From Gemmatimonadota bacterium (lineage in GTDB: Bacteria; Desulfobacterota; Deferrimicrobia; Deferrimicrobiales; Deferrimicrobiaceae), in NCBI GenBank assembly GCA_050257455.1, contig JBLMWX010000036.1:1-52746 (forward strand): DNA of 52,746 nucleotides. Direction: 5' to 3'. The translations under genes and the position numbers were made by a program. Below the pieces are notes generated by a model. That model searched no databases and was not told where the DNA came from. It saw nothing but the letters and a program-made list of their open reading frames with translations. Below, in pieces: positions 8,539 to 16,427 of this stretch. The number at the start of each line of letters is the position of its first letter. The stretch's first letter is position 1.

Positions 8539-8892
8539 GTGAGCTATCTGACCGTCGAGTCCCGCGAGGTGAACGGAACCCGGATCCTGTACCTGAACGG
8601 CTACCTGAACAGCCTTCTCGGCGAAGAGGTCGCGAGGATGGTCGGGGCGGTCCTCGATGCCGGGGGAGAGCGCGTCCTGCTCAACTTCGAGGGGACCAGG
8701 CTCATCAACAGCATCGGCATCTCGTTCATCATCGGCGCCGTCGAGAGGATGGCGGCGCGGAACGGGACGCTCGCGTTCTGCTCGCTGTCTCCCATCAACC
8801 GCGAGCTCTTCCGGATCACCGGGGTCGCGCGGGACGTCAGGTCCTTCCGGACCGAGGACGAGGCGCTCGCCTGGCTCGGCCGGCGCGCCTAG
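8539..8892 (+). CDS. STAS-domain anti-sigma-factor antagonist (SpoIIAA/RsbV-like)
   Basis: 117 aa; the GTG start is 6 nt after the upstream stop codon. The motif LLNFEGTRLINSIGISFIIG places Ser58 (nt 8710-8712) at the position of the phosphorylated Ser in SpoIIAA/RsbV. Confidence 0.85.
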   Translation: MSYLTVESREVNGTRILYLNGYLNSLLGEEVARMVGAVLDAGGERVLLNFEGTRLINSIGISFIIGAVERMAARNGTLAFCSLSPINRELFRITGVARDVRSFRTEDEALAWLGRRA

Positions 8893-8961
8893 CCGGCCGC
8901 CCGGCATCCCGCCGGCGCGCGGGTCGACCCGGGGCCGGGAAGAGCGGCCCGGAAAGCGCGT

Positions 8962-9747
8962 TCAGATCGAGGCGAGCAGCGAGCGCAGGGCGGCGATCGA
9001 CCTGTGGAAGTGCTCCACCCGGTGCGGCTCCACGGTGAGGATCGGCTGCGCTCCGGCGTCCCTCACGGCCAGGATCACCCCGAGAAAGTTGATGGACCCT
9101 TCGCCCACCGGGAGGTGATCGTCCCGCGCGCCCCGGTTGTCGTGAACGTGCATCTCCCGGATCAGGGGACCGAGCGCCTCCGCCCATTTCTGGACGGGGA
9201 TGCGCGAGAAGAGGGTCGCGTGCCCCGGGTCGAAGCAGAAGGACAGGCGCGCGGATCCCACGGCGTCCCGGAGCCGGAGCAGGTGGTCGGGCACGTCGTC
9301 GAAGACGTTCTCCAGGAAGATGTCGACTCCCGCGTCCTCCGCCGCCTGCGCGATCTCCGAGAAGGAGCGGCGCGCCGGCTCGAGCCACTTCTCGGGCGCG
9401 AAGTCGAAGATCCAGTCGAAGTAGCCGCCGTGGACGACGATCCCCCTCGGGCGGAATGCCGGGGCCAGGGCAATGGCCTGGCGGAGGCGGCGGACGGAGA
9501 GGCGGCGGGCCTCCTCGTCGCGCGCACCCGGCCAGATGTCCTCGAAAGGGGCGTGGAACGTCGACGAGGCGACTCCCGCCGCGCGGAGCGCCTCCGCGGC
9601 CGCGTGGGCCCGCCCGGGCGAGAGGGCGTCCAGCACGGACGAGGAGAAGTAGATCTCGGCCCCCACGCCCTTCCCGGCGAGCAGCGCCGCCGTGCCCGGC
9701 GCCTCGAGCATCGGAAACGGGACCGTGCTGTGGATCGTCGATTCCAT
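8962..9747 (-). CDS. Sugar phosphate isomerase/epimerase (xylose-isomerase-like TIM barrel)
   Basis: Motifs FHAPFED, IVVHGGYF, IFLENVFDD, FCFDPGHA and MHVHDN are present. The ORF track starts at 9858. I prefer the ATG at 9747 (MESTIHS...), which is preceded by GGGGGAGG. Confidence 0.75.
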   Translation of the reverse strand: MESTIHSTVPFPMLEAPGTAALLAGKGVGAEIYFSSSVLDALSPGRAHAAAEALRAAGVASSTFHAPFEDIWPGARDEEARRLSVRRLRQAIALAPAFRPRGIVVHGGYFDWIFDFAPEKWLEPARRSFSEIAQAAEDAGVDIFLENVFDDVPDHLLRLRDAVGSARLSFCFDPGHATLFSRIPVQKWAEALGPLIREMHVHDNRGARDDHLPVGEGSINFLGVILAVRDAGAQPILTVEPHRVEHFHRSIAALRSLLASI

Positions 9748-9833
9748 CGGGCCTCCCCCGGGCGTCCCGTGCCGGGACCGGGGAGAAGATACAGCATCCG
9801 GCGCGCCCGGGCAAGCGCGCGCCGGGAAACTGC

Positions 9834-9863
9834 TTGACATGCACATGGTATACTGCATACATT
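9834..9863 (+). promoter_or_regulatory. Candidate promoter and GntR-type operator upstream of the GntR gene
   Basis: TTGACA (9834-9839), an 18-nt spacer, then TACATT (9858-9863). The spacer contains the palindrome GTATAC (9848-9853), which fits the generic GntR GT-Nx-AC half-site pattern. Confidence 0.3.
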
Positions 9864-9891
9864 ATCGGGAACCGGGTGAGGGGCAAAGCGT

Positions 9892-10557
9892 TTGCAGAAG
9901 CTCAAGATCCAGATCGACAATCACATGACACTCCGCGAGAAGATCGTGGAAACGGTGCGCAGCGCCATCGTCAACGGGCACCTGCCGGCCGGGACGCGCG
10001 TCGCGGAGCCCGAGCTCGCGGACCGGTTCGGCATCAGCCGGACCCCCATCCGCGAGGCCTTCCGGCAGCTCGAGTCCGAAGGGTTCATCACGGTGGTCCC
10101 CCGGAAGGGCGCCGTCGTGGCGTCTCTCTCGGCGAACGACGTGTCCGACTTCTACGACCTCAAGGCCCTCCTCGAAGGGTACGCCGCGCGCTGCGCCGCC
10201 AGAAAGCTGACCGAGAAGGATCTCTCCAAGATGGAGTCGGTGAACCGCCAGATGGAGCTGGCTGCCGCCAGGAAGGACCTCCGGAAGGTCCTGACGCTCC
10301 ACAACGAGTTCCACGACGTCTTCCTCACCGCGTGCGGCAACGAGAAGCTCCACGCCCTGGTCCAGAGCCTCGTCATGCAGTTCCAGCGGTTCCGCCTCAT
10401 CCTCGCGATGCCGGGGCGCATCGAGGGTTCCATCAAGCAGCACCGCGAGATCATCGACGCCTTCCGGAAGCAGGACGGGGCCCTCGCCGAGGCGCTCGTC
10501 CAGAAGAACGCCATCTACGGGAAGAAGATCCTGCTCCGGGAACTCGCCAAGGGGTGA
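9892..10557 (+). CDS. GntR-family transcriptional regulator with FCD (FadR C-terminal-like) domain
   Basis: The winged helix reads EPELADRFGISRTPIREAFRQLESEGFI, followed by an all-helical C-terminal domain. The start is TTG at 9892; an alternative ATG lies at 9925. Confidence 0.85.
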   Translation: MQKLKIQIDNHMTLREKIVETVRSAIVNGHLPAGTRVAEPELADRFGISRTPIREAFRQLESEGFITVVPRKGAVVASLSANDVSDFYDLKALLEGYAARCAARKLTEKDLSKMESVNRQMELAAARKDLRKVLTLHNEFHDVFLTACGNEKLHALVQSLVMQFQRFRLILAMPGRIEGSIKQHREIIDAFRKQDGALAEALVQKNAIYGKKILLRELAKG

Positions 10558-10569
10558 TCCGGGCCGGTC

Positions 10570-11991
10570 ATGCCCGACGCGGACGCACTTCGCCGGATCC
10601 CGTCCGTCGCCTTTCTCCTCGAAACCGCTGACGTCAGGACGCTCCTGGGGCGACACCCGCGCGCGGTGGTCGTGGACGCCATCCGGAAGGGCCTCTCCGC
10701 GATGCGGCTGGAGGCGGTCCGTTCGGGCGGCGCGGAGGCGCGCACCCGGGAGGAGTGGGCGTCGGCGCTCATCGCCCGGCTGCCCGCGGACATCGCGGCG
10801 GCCGAGGGGATCCCCTTCAGGCCGGTGATCAACGCGACCGGAATCGTCATCCATACCAACCTCGGGCGCGCCCCGCTGGCGGAGGAGGCGGTGCGGGCGG
10901 TCTCCCGGACGGCGGGGCGGTACGCGAACCTGGAGTACGACCTCGACGCCGGGCGACGCGCGACGCGGGTCTCCCTCGTGGAGGAGGCGATTCTCGCGCG
11001 CACGGGGGCCGAGGCCGCGCACGTGGTCAACAACAACGCCGCGGCGGTGCTCCTGTGCCTCGCGGGGCTCGCGCGCGGCAGGGACGTTATCGTGAGCCGG
11101 GGAGAGCTCGTCGAGATCGGCGGGTCGTTCCGGATCCCGGACATCATGGCCGAAAGCGGCGCGAATCTCGTCGAGGTGGGAACTACCAACCGCACGAGGA
11201 TCGCGGACTACGAGCGGGCGGCGGGGCCACGGACCGCGCTTCTCCTCAAGGTCCACCGGTCCAACTTCAGCATGTCCGGCTTCATCGAGGAGGCATCCGC
11301 CGCCGACCTCGCCGCCCTGGGGGGGCGCCTCGGAATCCCGGTCATGGAGGACCTCGGCTCGGGGGCGCTGTTCGATTTCCAGGCGGCGGGGATTCCCGGA
11401 ACGCCGACGGTCCGGCAGGCGCTGGCGGCGGGGCCGGGGATCGTGACCGTCAGCGGCGACAAGCTCCTGGGGGGGCCCCAGGCCGGAATCATCGTGGGGA
11501 GCAGGGCTCTCGTCCTCCCCCTGCGAAGGCACCCCCTGTCGCGCGCCTTGAGGGTGGACAAGCTGTGCCTGGCCGCGCTGGCCGCCACGCTGGGTCTGTA
11601 CGCCGACGAGAGGCAGGCGGCCGCCCGGGTCCCGGTCCTGCGGATGATGACCGAGCCCGAGAGCGGGGTGCGCGCCCGCGCGAGGCGGCTTGTCCGGCTG
11701 GCGGGGCGGCCCGGCGGCGGCGCCGGGGACCTCGTCCTGACGGTGGAGCGCGGGCTCTCCTCGCCGGGGGGCGGCGCGATGCCGGACGTCGGGATCCCCA
11801 CGGCGTGCGTCGCGGTGTCCCATCCGGCCGTTCCGGTCGAGGAGCTCGAGGCGAGGCTCCGGAAAGGGACCCCGCCCGTGGTGGCGCGGATCGCGAAGGG
11901 CAGGCTCCTTCTCGACATGCGCACCGTGGGCGCCGGGGAACTCAGGGATCTCGCGGCCGCTCTGGTCGCGGCCGGGGAAAGCCGGCCTTGA
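10570..11991 (+). CDS. selA: L-seryl-tRNA(Sec) selenium transferase
   Basis: 473 aa with INATGIVIHTNLGRAPL, VNNNAAAVLL, VSRGELVEIGGSFRIPDIM and SGDKLLGGPQAGIIVG (the PLP lysine). Confidence 0.9.
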   Translation: MPDADALRRIPSVAFLLETADVRTLLGRHPRAVVVDAIRKGLSAMRLEAVRSGGAEARTREEWASALIARLPADIAAAEGIPFRPVINATGIVIHTNLGRAPLAEEAVRAVSRTAGRYANLEYDLDAGRRATRVSLVEEAILARTGAEAAHVVNNNAAAVLLCLAGLARGRDVIVSRGELVEIGGSFRIPDIMAESGANLVEVGTTNRTRIADYERAAGPRTALLLKVHRSNFSMSGFIEEASAADLAALGGRLGIPVMEDLGSGALFDFQAAGIPGTPTVRQALAAGPGIVTVSGDKLLGGPQAGIIVGSRALVLPLRRHPLSRALRVDKLCLAALAATLGLYADERQAAARVPVLRMMTEPESGVRARARRLVRLAGRPGGGAGDLVLTVERGLSSPGGGAMPDVGIPTACVAVSHPAVPVEELEARLRKGTPPVVARIAKGRLLLDMRTVGAGELRDLAAALVAAGESRP

Positions 11992-12045
11992 CCGTCTCAC
12001 CCCGGACGGATAGAGTGGTTCCATATTTTCTTTTCCGGGGCCCCG

Positions 12046-12642
12046 ATGCTCAACTCCGGCGTTCTCGTTCTGAACAGGGCCTTCTTCCCGGTCCACGTGA
12101 CGAGCGCCCGCAGGGCGTTCTGCCTGCTCTACGCGGGCCTCGCGCGGGCCGTCACGCCCCAGTACGAGCTTTTCGACTTCAAGTCGTGGAGCGATCTCTC
12201 CGCCCGCGCCGGTGACGACGCCGTCGGCCTCGTCGGGAGAATGATCCGGGTCCCCCGCGTGGTCGTCCTGACCGCGTACGACAGGATCCCGCGGCGCACG
12301 GTGCGGTTCAGCCGCCGCAACATCTTCATCCGCGACCGGAACACCTGCCAGTACTGCGGGAAGTCGCACGCGACCGCCGAGCTCAATCTCGACCACGTGA
12401 CCCCGAGGTCCCGGGGCGGGGCGACGAGCTGGGAGAACATCGTCTGCAGCTGCCTGCCGTGCAACAAGCGGAAAGGGGGACGGCTTCCCGACGAGGCGGG
12501 GATGCGCCTGGTCGGGAGGCCGTCGAGGCCGCACTGGGCGCCGCAGTACGCGTTCTCGCTCCGCTCCCCGATCCACAAGGAGTGGCTTCCGTTCCTCAAC
12601 CTGGTCGACGTGACGTACTGGAACCTCGAGCTCGAGGCCTGA
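12046..12642 (+). CDS. HNH endonuclease family protein
   Basis: 198 aa with CQYCG...DHVTPRSRGGATSWENIVCSCLPCNKRK, an HNH motif with zinc-binding cysteines. Confidence 0.85.
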   Translation: MLNSGVLVLNRAFFPVHVTSARRAFCLLYAGLARAVTPQYELFDFKSWSDLSARAGDDAVGLVGRMIRVPRVVVLTAYDRIPRRTVRFSRRNIFIRDRNTCQYCGKSHATAELNLDHVTPRSRGGATSWENIVCSCLPCNKRKGGRLPDEAGMRLVGRPSRPHWAPQYAFSLRSPIHKEWLPFLNLVDVTYWNLELEA

Positions 12643-12664
12643 CCGGGCGAAGGGGCGTCTCTTT

Positions 12665-13522
12665 CTGGAATCCCTCCTCTTCATCGTCGGACACCCCCTG
12701 TCGCACACGTTAAGCCCCGCGATGCACAACGGCGTGATCCGGAGGCGCGGTCTTCCCTTGCGCTACGTGGCCGTGGACCTCGCGCCGGGGCGGCTGCCCG
12801 ATTTCCTGAGGGTGGTCCGGCAGGCGAACGTCCTGGGAGGGAACGTGACGATCCCCTTCAAGGAAGAGGCGGCCGCGCTGGCCGACGGGCGCTCGGAGGC
12901 CGTGGCCCTCTGCGGGGCCGCGAACGTTCTCCGCGTCCGGGACGGGCGTCTCCGGGCCGAGAACACGGACGGCCCGGGTTTCCTGGATGCCGTGGAAGGG
13001 GCCGGCTGGGGACGGCGGTTCCGGCGCGTCGTCGTCCTCGGCGCGGGCGGGTCCGCCCGGGGGATTGCCCACGCGCTCGCGCGGTCGGGGACGCGGGAGA
13101 TGACCCTGCTCAACCGGCGGCCGGAGCGCGCCCGCGAGATCGCCCGGGCCCTCGGCCCCGCGTTCCCCCGGATGACGATCGGCTCCGGTGCGCTGATCCG
13201 GTCGAAAATCAAGGAGGAATTCAAGGGGGCCGACCTGATCGTGCAATGCACCTCCCTCGGCCTGCACGGCGAGTGGGAGGATTTCCCCGCGGAAGCAGTA
13301 GAGAAATCGACGCGGTTTGCCGATATAGTCTACCGCCGGGGAGGGACCGCCCTTGTCCGCGAGCTGAGGAAACGGGGGGTCGCCGCCATCGACGGCCTTC
13401 CGATGCTGGCGCACCAGGCGGCCAGGAGTTTCGCATTGTGGACGGGCCGTTCGGTGCCCGCGGAGGAGTATCTCTCGCTGGCCAGGCGCGCACTTTCGGC
13501 GGCCGCCGCGAAGGCGCCTTGA
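12665..13522 (+). CDS. aroE: Shikimate dehydrogenase; start codon uncertain (first ATG at 12722 is internal)
   Basis: The conserved N-terminal motif GHPLSHTLSPAMHN is encoded at 12689-12730, mostly upstream of the first ATG. Also present are NVTIPFKE and GAGGSARG. The only start-like codon upstream is CTG at 12665. Confidence 0.8.
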   Translation: MESLLFIVGHPLSHTLSPAMHNGVIRRRGLPLRYVAVDLAPGRLPDFLRVVRQANVLGGNVTIPFKEEAAALADGRSEAVALCGAANVLRVRDGRLRAENTDGPGFLDAVEGAGWGRRFRRVVVLGAGGSARGIAHALARSGTREMTLLNRRPERAREIARALGPAFPRMTIGSGALIRSKIKEEFKGADLIVQCTSLGLHGEWEDFPAEAVEKSTRFADIVYRRGGTALVRELRKRGVAAIDGLPMLAHQAARSFALWTGRSVPAEEYLSLARRALSAAAAKAP

Positions 13523-13546
13523 CAGTTGAACAAAAAGTTATACAAT
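13519..13546 (+). promoter_or_regulatory. Near-consensus sigma70 promoter upstream of pilB
   Basis: TTGACA (13519-13524, overlapping the aroE stop), a 16-nt spacer, then TACAAT (13541-13546), in an AT-rich gap. Confidence 0.5.
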
Positions 13547-13583
13547 TATGCGTATTTTAAGCTAAATATCGGGTGAATCCGCA

Positions 13584-15281
13584 ATGTCGGTGATGGCGAC
13601 CAAGATCGGTGAAATGCTTTTAAAGGGAAACGTTATCAGTCCGGATCAGCTCCGGACCGCGCTCGAAACACAGAAGCGGACGAAGGAGCGGATCGGGACG
13701 GTCCTCGTCAAGTCCGGCTTCATCAAGGAGCCGGAGCTCCTCTCGTTCATCGGGCGGCAGTTCAACGTTCCCGTGGTCGATCTGTCCAAGTACGAGATCA
13801 ATCCCGAGGTCGTCCGCCTCCTGCCCGAGGACATGGTCCAGAAGAACCTCGCCCTGCCCATCAACAGGGTGGGCGCCAAGCTCATCGTCGCCGTGGCGGA
13901 CCCGTCCAACATGGCCATCCTGGATGCCATCGGGTTCAAGACCGGCTACGCGGTCGAGCTCGTCCTCGCCTCGGAAAAGGACATCACGACCGCCATCAAC
14001 AAGTTCTTCGACCGGTCCCTCGAGTTCAAGGACATCATCGCCGACCTCGACGAGGACCTCGAGGTGGTCCGGGAGGAGGAGGTCGACGTCTCCGAGCTCG
14101 AGCGGGGGATCGACGACGCCCCGGTCGTGAAGCTCGCCAACTTCATCCTGACCGACGCCATCAAGCGGCGGGCGTCGGACATCCACATCGAGCCGTACGA
14201 GAAGGAGTTCAGGGTCCGGTACCGGGTCGACGGCGTGCTCTACGAGACCATGCGGCCGCCCCTCAAGATGAAGAACGCCCTCTCCTCGCGGCTGAAGATC
14301 CTCTCGACGCTCGACATCGCCGAGCGCCGCCTTCCCCAGGACGGCCGGATCAAGCTGAAGATGGGGAAGGGAAGCGAGATGGATTTCCGCGTCTCCGTCC
14401 TGCCGACGATCTACGGCGAGAAGATCGTGCTCCGGCTCCTCGACAAGTCGAGCCTCCAGCTCGACATGACCAAGCTCGGGTTCGAGACGGAGTCGCTCAA
14501 GGACTTCGTGGAGGCGATCCACCGGCCCTATGGAATGGTGCTCGTCACGGGCCCCACGGGCTCGGGGAAGACGACGACGCTCTACTCGGCCCTGTCCGAC
14601 CTGAACAAGACGAGCGACAACATCTCCACCGCGGAGGACCCGGTCGAATACAACTTCGCGGGCATCAACCAGGTGCAGATCAAGGAGGAGATCGGCCTGA
14701 CGTTCGCGGCGTGCCTGCGCTCCTTCCTGCGCCAGGACCCCGACATCATCATGGTGGGCGAGGTCCGGGACTACGAGACCGCCGAGATCGCGGTCAAGGC
14801 GGCCTTGACGGGCCATCTCGTCCTGTCGACCCTGCATACGAACGACGCCCCGAGCACCGTCACCCGTCTCCTCAACATGGGCATCGAGCCGTTCCTCGTC
14901 TCGTCGTCCCTCAACCTCATCCTCGCCCAGCGCCTCGCCCGGAGGGTCTGCCAGAACTGCAGGGAGGATCAGAAGATCCTGCCGAAGGCGCTCGTCGACG
15001 CCGGGATGAAGCCCGAGCGCGTGAAGCTTGCCCGGCCGTCCCGGGGCAAGGGATGCGACGACTGCAACTCCACGGGGTTCCGCGGACGTGTCGCGCTCTA
15101 CGAGGTGATGCCCGTGCGCGAGGAGATCAAGGACCTCGTCCTGCGCGGCGGATCGGCGCTCGAGATCAAGCGGGAGGCGATCCGCCTGGGCATGAAGACC
15201 CTGCGCCAGGCGGGCCTTTCGAAGGTGGAAGAGGGGGTCACCACGCTCGAGGAAGTGCTGCGGGTGACGGCCCCCGATTAA
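13584..15281 (+). CDS. pilB: Type IV pilus assembly ATPase PilB (GspE family)
   Basis: 565 aa with an N-terminal T2SSE_N-type domain, Walker A GPTGSGKTT, and a tetracysteine motif CQNC...CDDC. Confidence 0.9.
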   Translation: MSVMATKIGEMLLKGNVISPDQLRTALETQKRTKERIGTVLVKSGFIKEPELLSFIGRQFNVPVVDLSKYEINPEVVRLLPEDMVQKNLALPINRVGAKLIVAVADPSNMAILDAIGFKTGYAVELVLASEKDITTAINKFFDRSLEFKDIIADLDEDLEVVREEEVDVSELERGIDDAPVVKLANFILTDAIKRRASDIHIEPYEKEFRVRYRVDGVLYETMRPPLKMKNALSSRLKILSTLDIAERRLPQDGRIKLKMGKGSEMDFRVSVLPTIYGEKIVLRLLDKSSLQLDMTKLGFETESLKDFVEAIHRPYGMVLVTGPTGSGKTTTLYSALSDLNKTSDNISTAEDPVEYNFAGINQVQIKEEIGLTFAACLRSFLRQDPDIIMVGEVRDYETAEIAVKAALTGHLVLSTLHTNDAPSTVTRLLNMGIEPFLVSSSLNLILAQRLARRVCQNCREDQKILPKALVDAGMKPERVKLARPSRGKGCDDCNSTGFRGRVALYEVMPVREEIKDLVLRGGSALEIKREAIRLGMKTLRQAGLSKVEEGVTTLEEVLRVTAPD

Positions 15282-15307
15282 CGAACAGGCGCGAGGTGCA
15301 GCCGATC

Positions 15308-16405
15308 ATGATGAACGCGCACGAGCTTCTGACCATCATGTACGAGAAGGGGGCGTCCGACCTCCACATCACGACCGGCATCGCGCCGACGATCCGGGTC
15401 GACGGGCGTCTGCAGCCGCTCTCGGCCGAGCCGCTGACCCCCCAGGACACCAAGAGGCTCTGCTACAGCATCCTGACGGAAGCCCAGAAGCAGAAGTTCG
15501 AGGAGGATTGGGAGCTCGACCTCTCCTTCGGCGTGAAGGGCCTGAGCCGGTTCCGGGCCAACATCTACATGCAGCGCGGCGCGGTGGCCGGCGCCTTCCG
15601 GACGATCCCGTTCCGGGTCCGCACGTTCGAGGAGCTCGGCCTGCCTCCCGTGGCCAAGGAGCTGTGCAAGAGGCCCCGGGGCCTCGTGCTCGTGACGGGG
15701 CCCACCGGCTCCGGCAAGTCGACGACCCTGGGGGCCATGATCGACAAGATCAACACGGAACGGCAGGAGCACATCGTCACGGTCGAGGATCCGATCGAGT
15801 ACCTGCACCCCCACAAGAAGTGCCTCGTCAACCAGCGCGAGGTGACCGCCGACACGCAGAGCTTCAAGAGGGCGCTCAAGTACGTCCTCAGGCAGGACCC
15901 CGACGTGGTCCTCATCGGCGAGATGCGGGACCTGGAGACGATCGAGGCCGCGCTCACGGTCGCGGAGACCGGCCACCTCGTGTTCGCGACGCTGCACACC
16001 AACTCCTGCGTCCAGACGATCAACCGGATCCTGGACGTCTTCCCCCCGTACCAGCAGCCGCAGGTCCGCGCCCAGCTCTCGTTCGTCCTCGAGGGGGTGC
16101 TCTCGCAGATCCTCATCCCGAAGGCGTCCGGGGGGGGGCGGGTGCTCTGCCTCGAGATCATGATCCCCAACCCGGCCATCCGCAACCTCATCCGCGAGGA
16201 GAAGGTCCACCAGATCTACTCCCAGATGCAGGTGGGCCAGGCCAAGTTCGGGATGCAGACGATGAACCAGTCGCTTCTCGCCGCCTACCTCCGCCGGGAC
16301 ATCACGCTGGACGACGCGGTCGGGAGAAGCCAGGACCCCGAGGAGTTCAAGACCCTGCTCCAGGCGGCGCAGAGCGCGGCCCCGGCCGCCGGGCGCCGGG
16401 CTTGA
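15308..16405 (+). CDS. pilT: Type IV pilus retraction ATPase PilT
   Basis: Starts MMNAHELL within the longer track ORF. Walker A is GPTGSGKST, and the PilT signature AIRNLIREEK is present. Confidence 0.9.
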   Translation: MMNAHELLTIMYEKGASDLHITTGIAPTIRVDGRLQPLSAEPLTPQDTKRLCYSILTEAQKQKFEEDWELDLSFGVKGLSRFRANIYMQRGAVAGAFRTIPFRVRTFEELGLPPVAKELCKRPRGLVLVTGPTGSGKSTTLGAMIDKINTERQEHIVTVEDPIEYLHPHKKCLVNQREVTADTQSFKRALKYVLRQDPDVVLIGEMRDLETIEAALTVAETGHLVFATLHTNSCVQTINRILDVFPPYQQPQVRAQLSFVLEGVLSQILIPKASGGGRVLCLEIMIPNPAIRNLIREEKVHQIYSQMQVGQAKFGMQTMNQSLLAAYLRRDITLDDAVGRSQDPEEFKTLLQAAQSAAPAAGRRA

Positions 16406-16427
16406 GGGAAGGGGGCGGGAGGAGACG

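Noticed and set aside
6187-8907. A 906-aa minus-strand ORF antisense to the NTPase-kinase and STAS genes.
   Set aside because: - It is an Arg/Pro/Glu/Asp-rich shadow ORF with no recognisable motifs.
- The plus strand carries Walker, GHKL and STAS motifs.
8893-8961. GC-rich imperfect hairpins between the convergent STAS and isomerase genes, considered as terminators.
   Set aside because: The stems are interrupted and lack T tracts, so they are not distinguishable from background GC-rich self-complementarity.
8962-9858. The N-terminal 37-aa extension of the sugar-phosphate isomerase ORF as given in the track.
   Set aside because: - The extension is Pro/Ser/Arg/Cys-rich and runs through the divergent promoter region.
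- The internal ATG at 9747 has a strong GGGGGAGG ribosome-binding site and yields a normal TIM-barrel N terminus.
9862-12729. A 955-aa minus-strand ORF spanning the GntR, selA and HNH genes.
   Set aside because: It is a shadow ORF in GC-rich DNA. The plus-strand genes have unambiguous family signatures.
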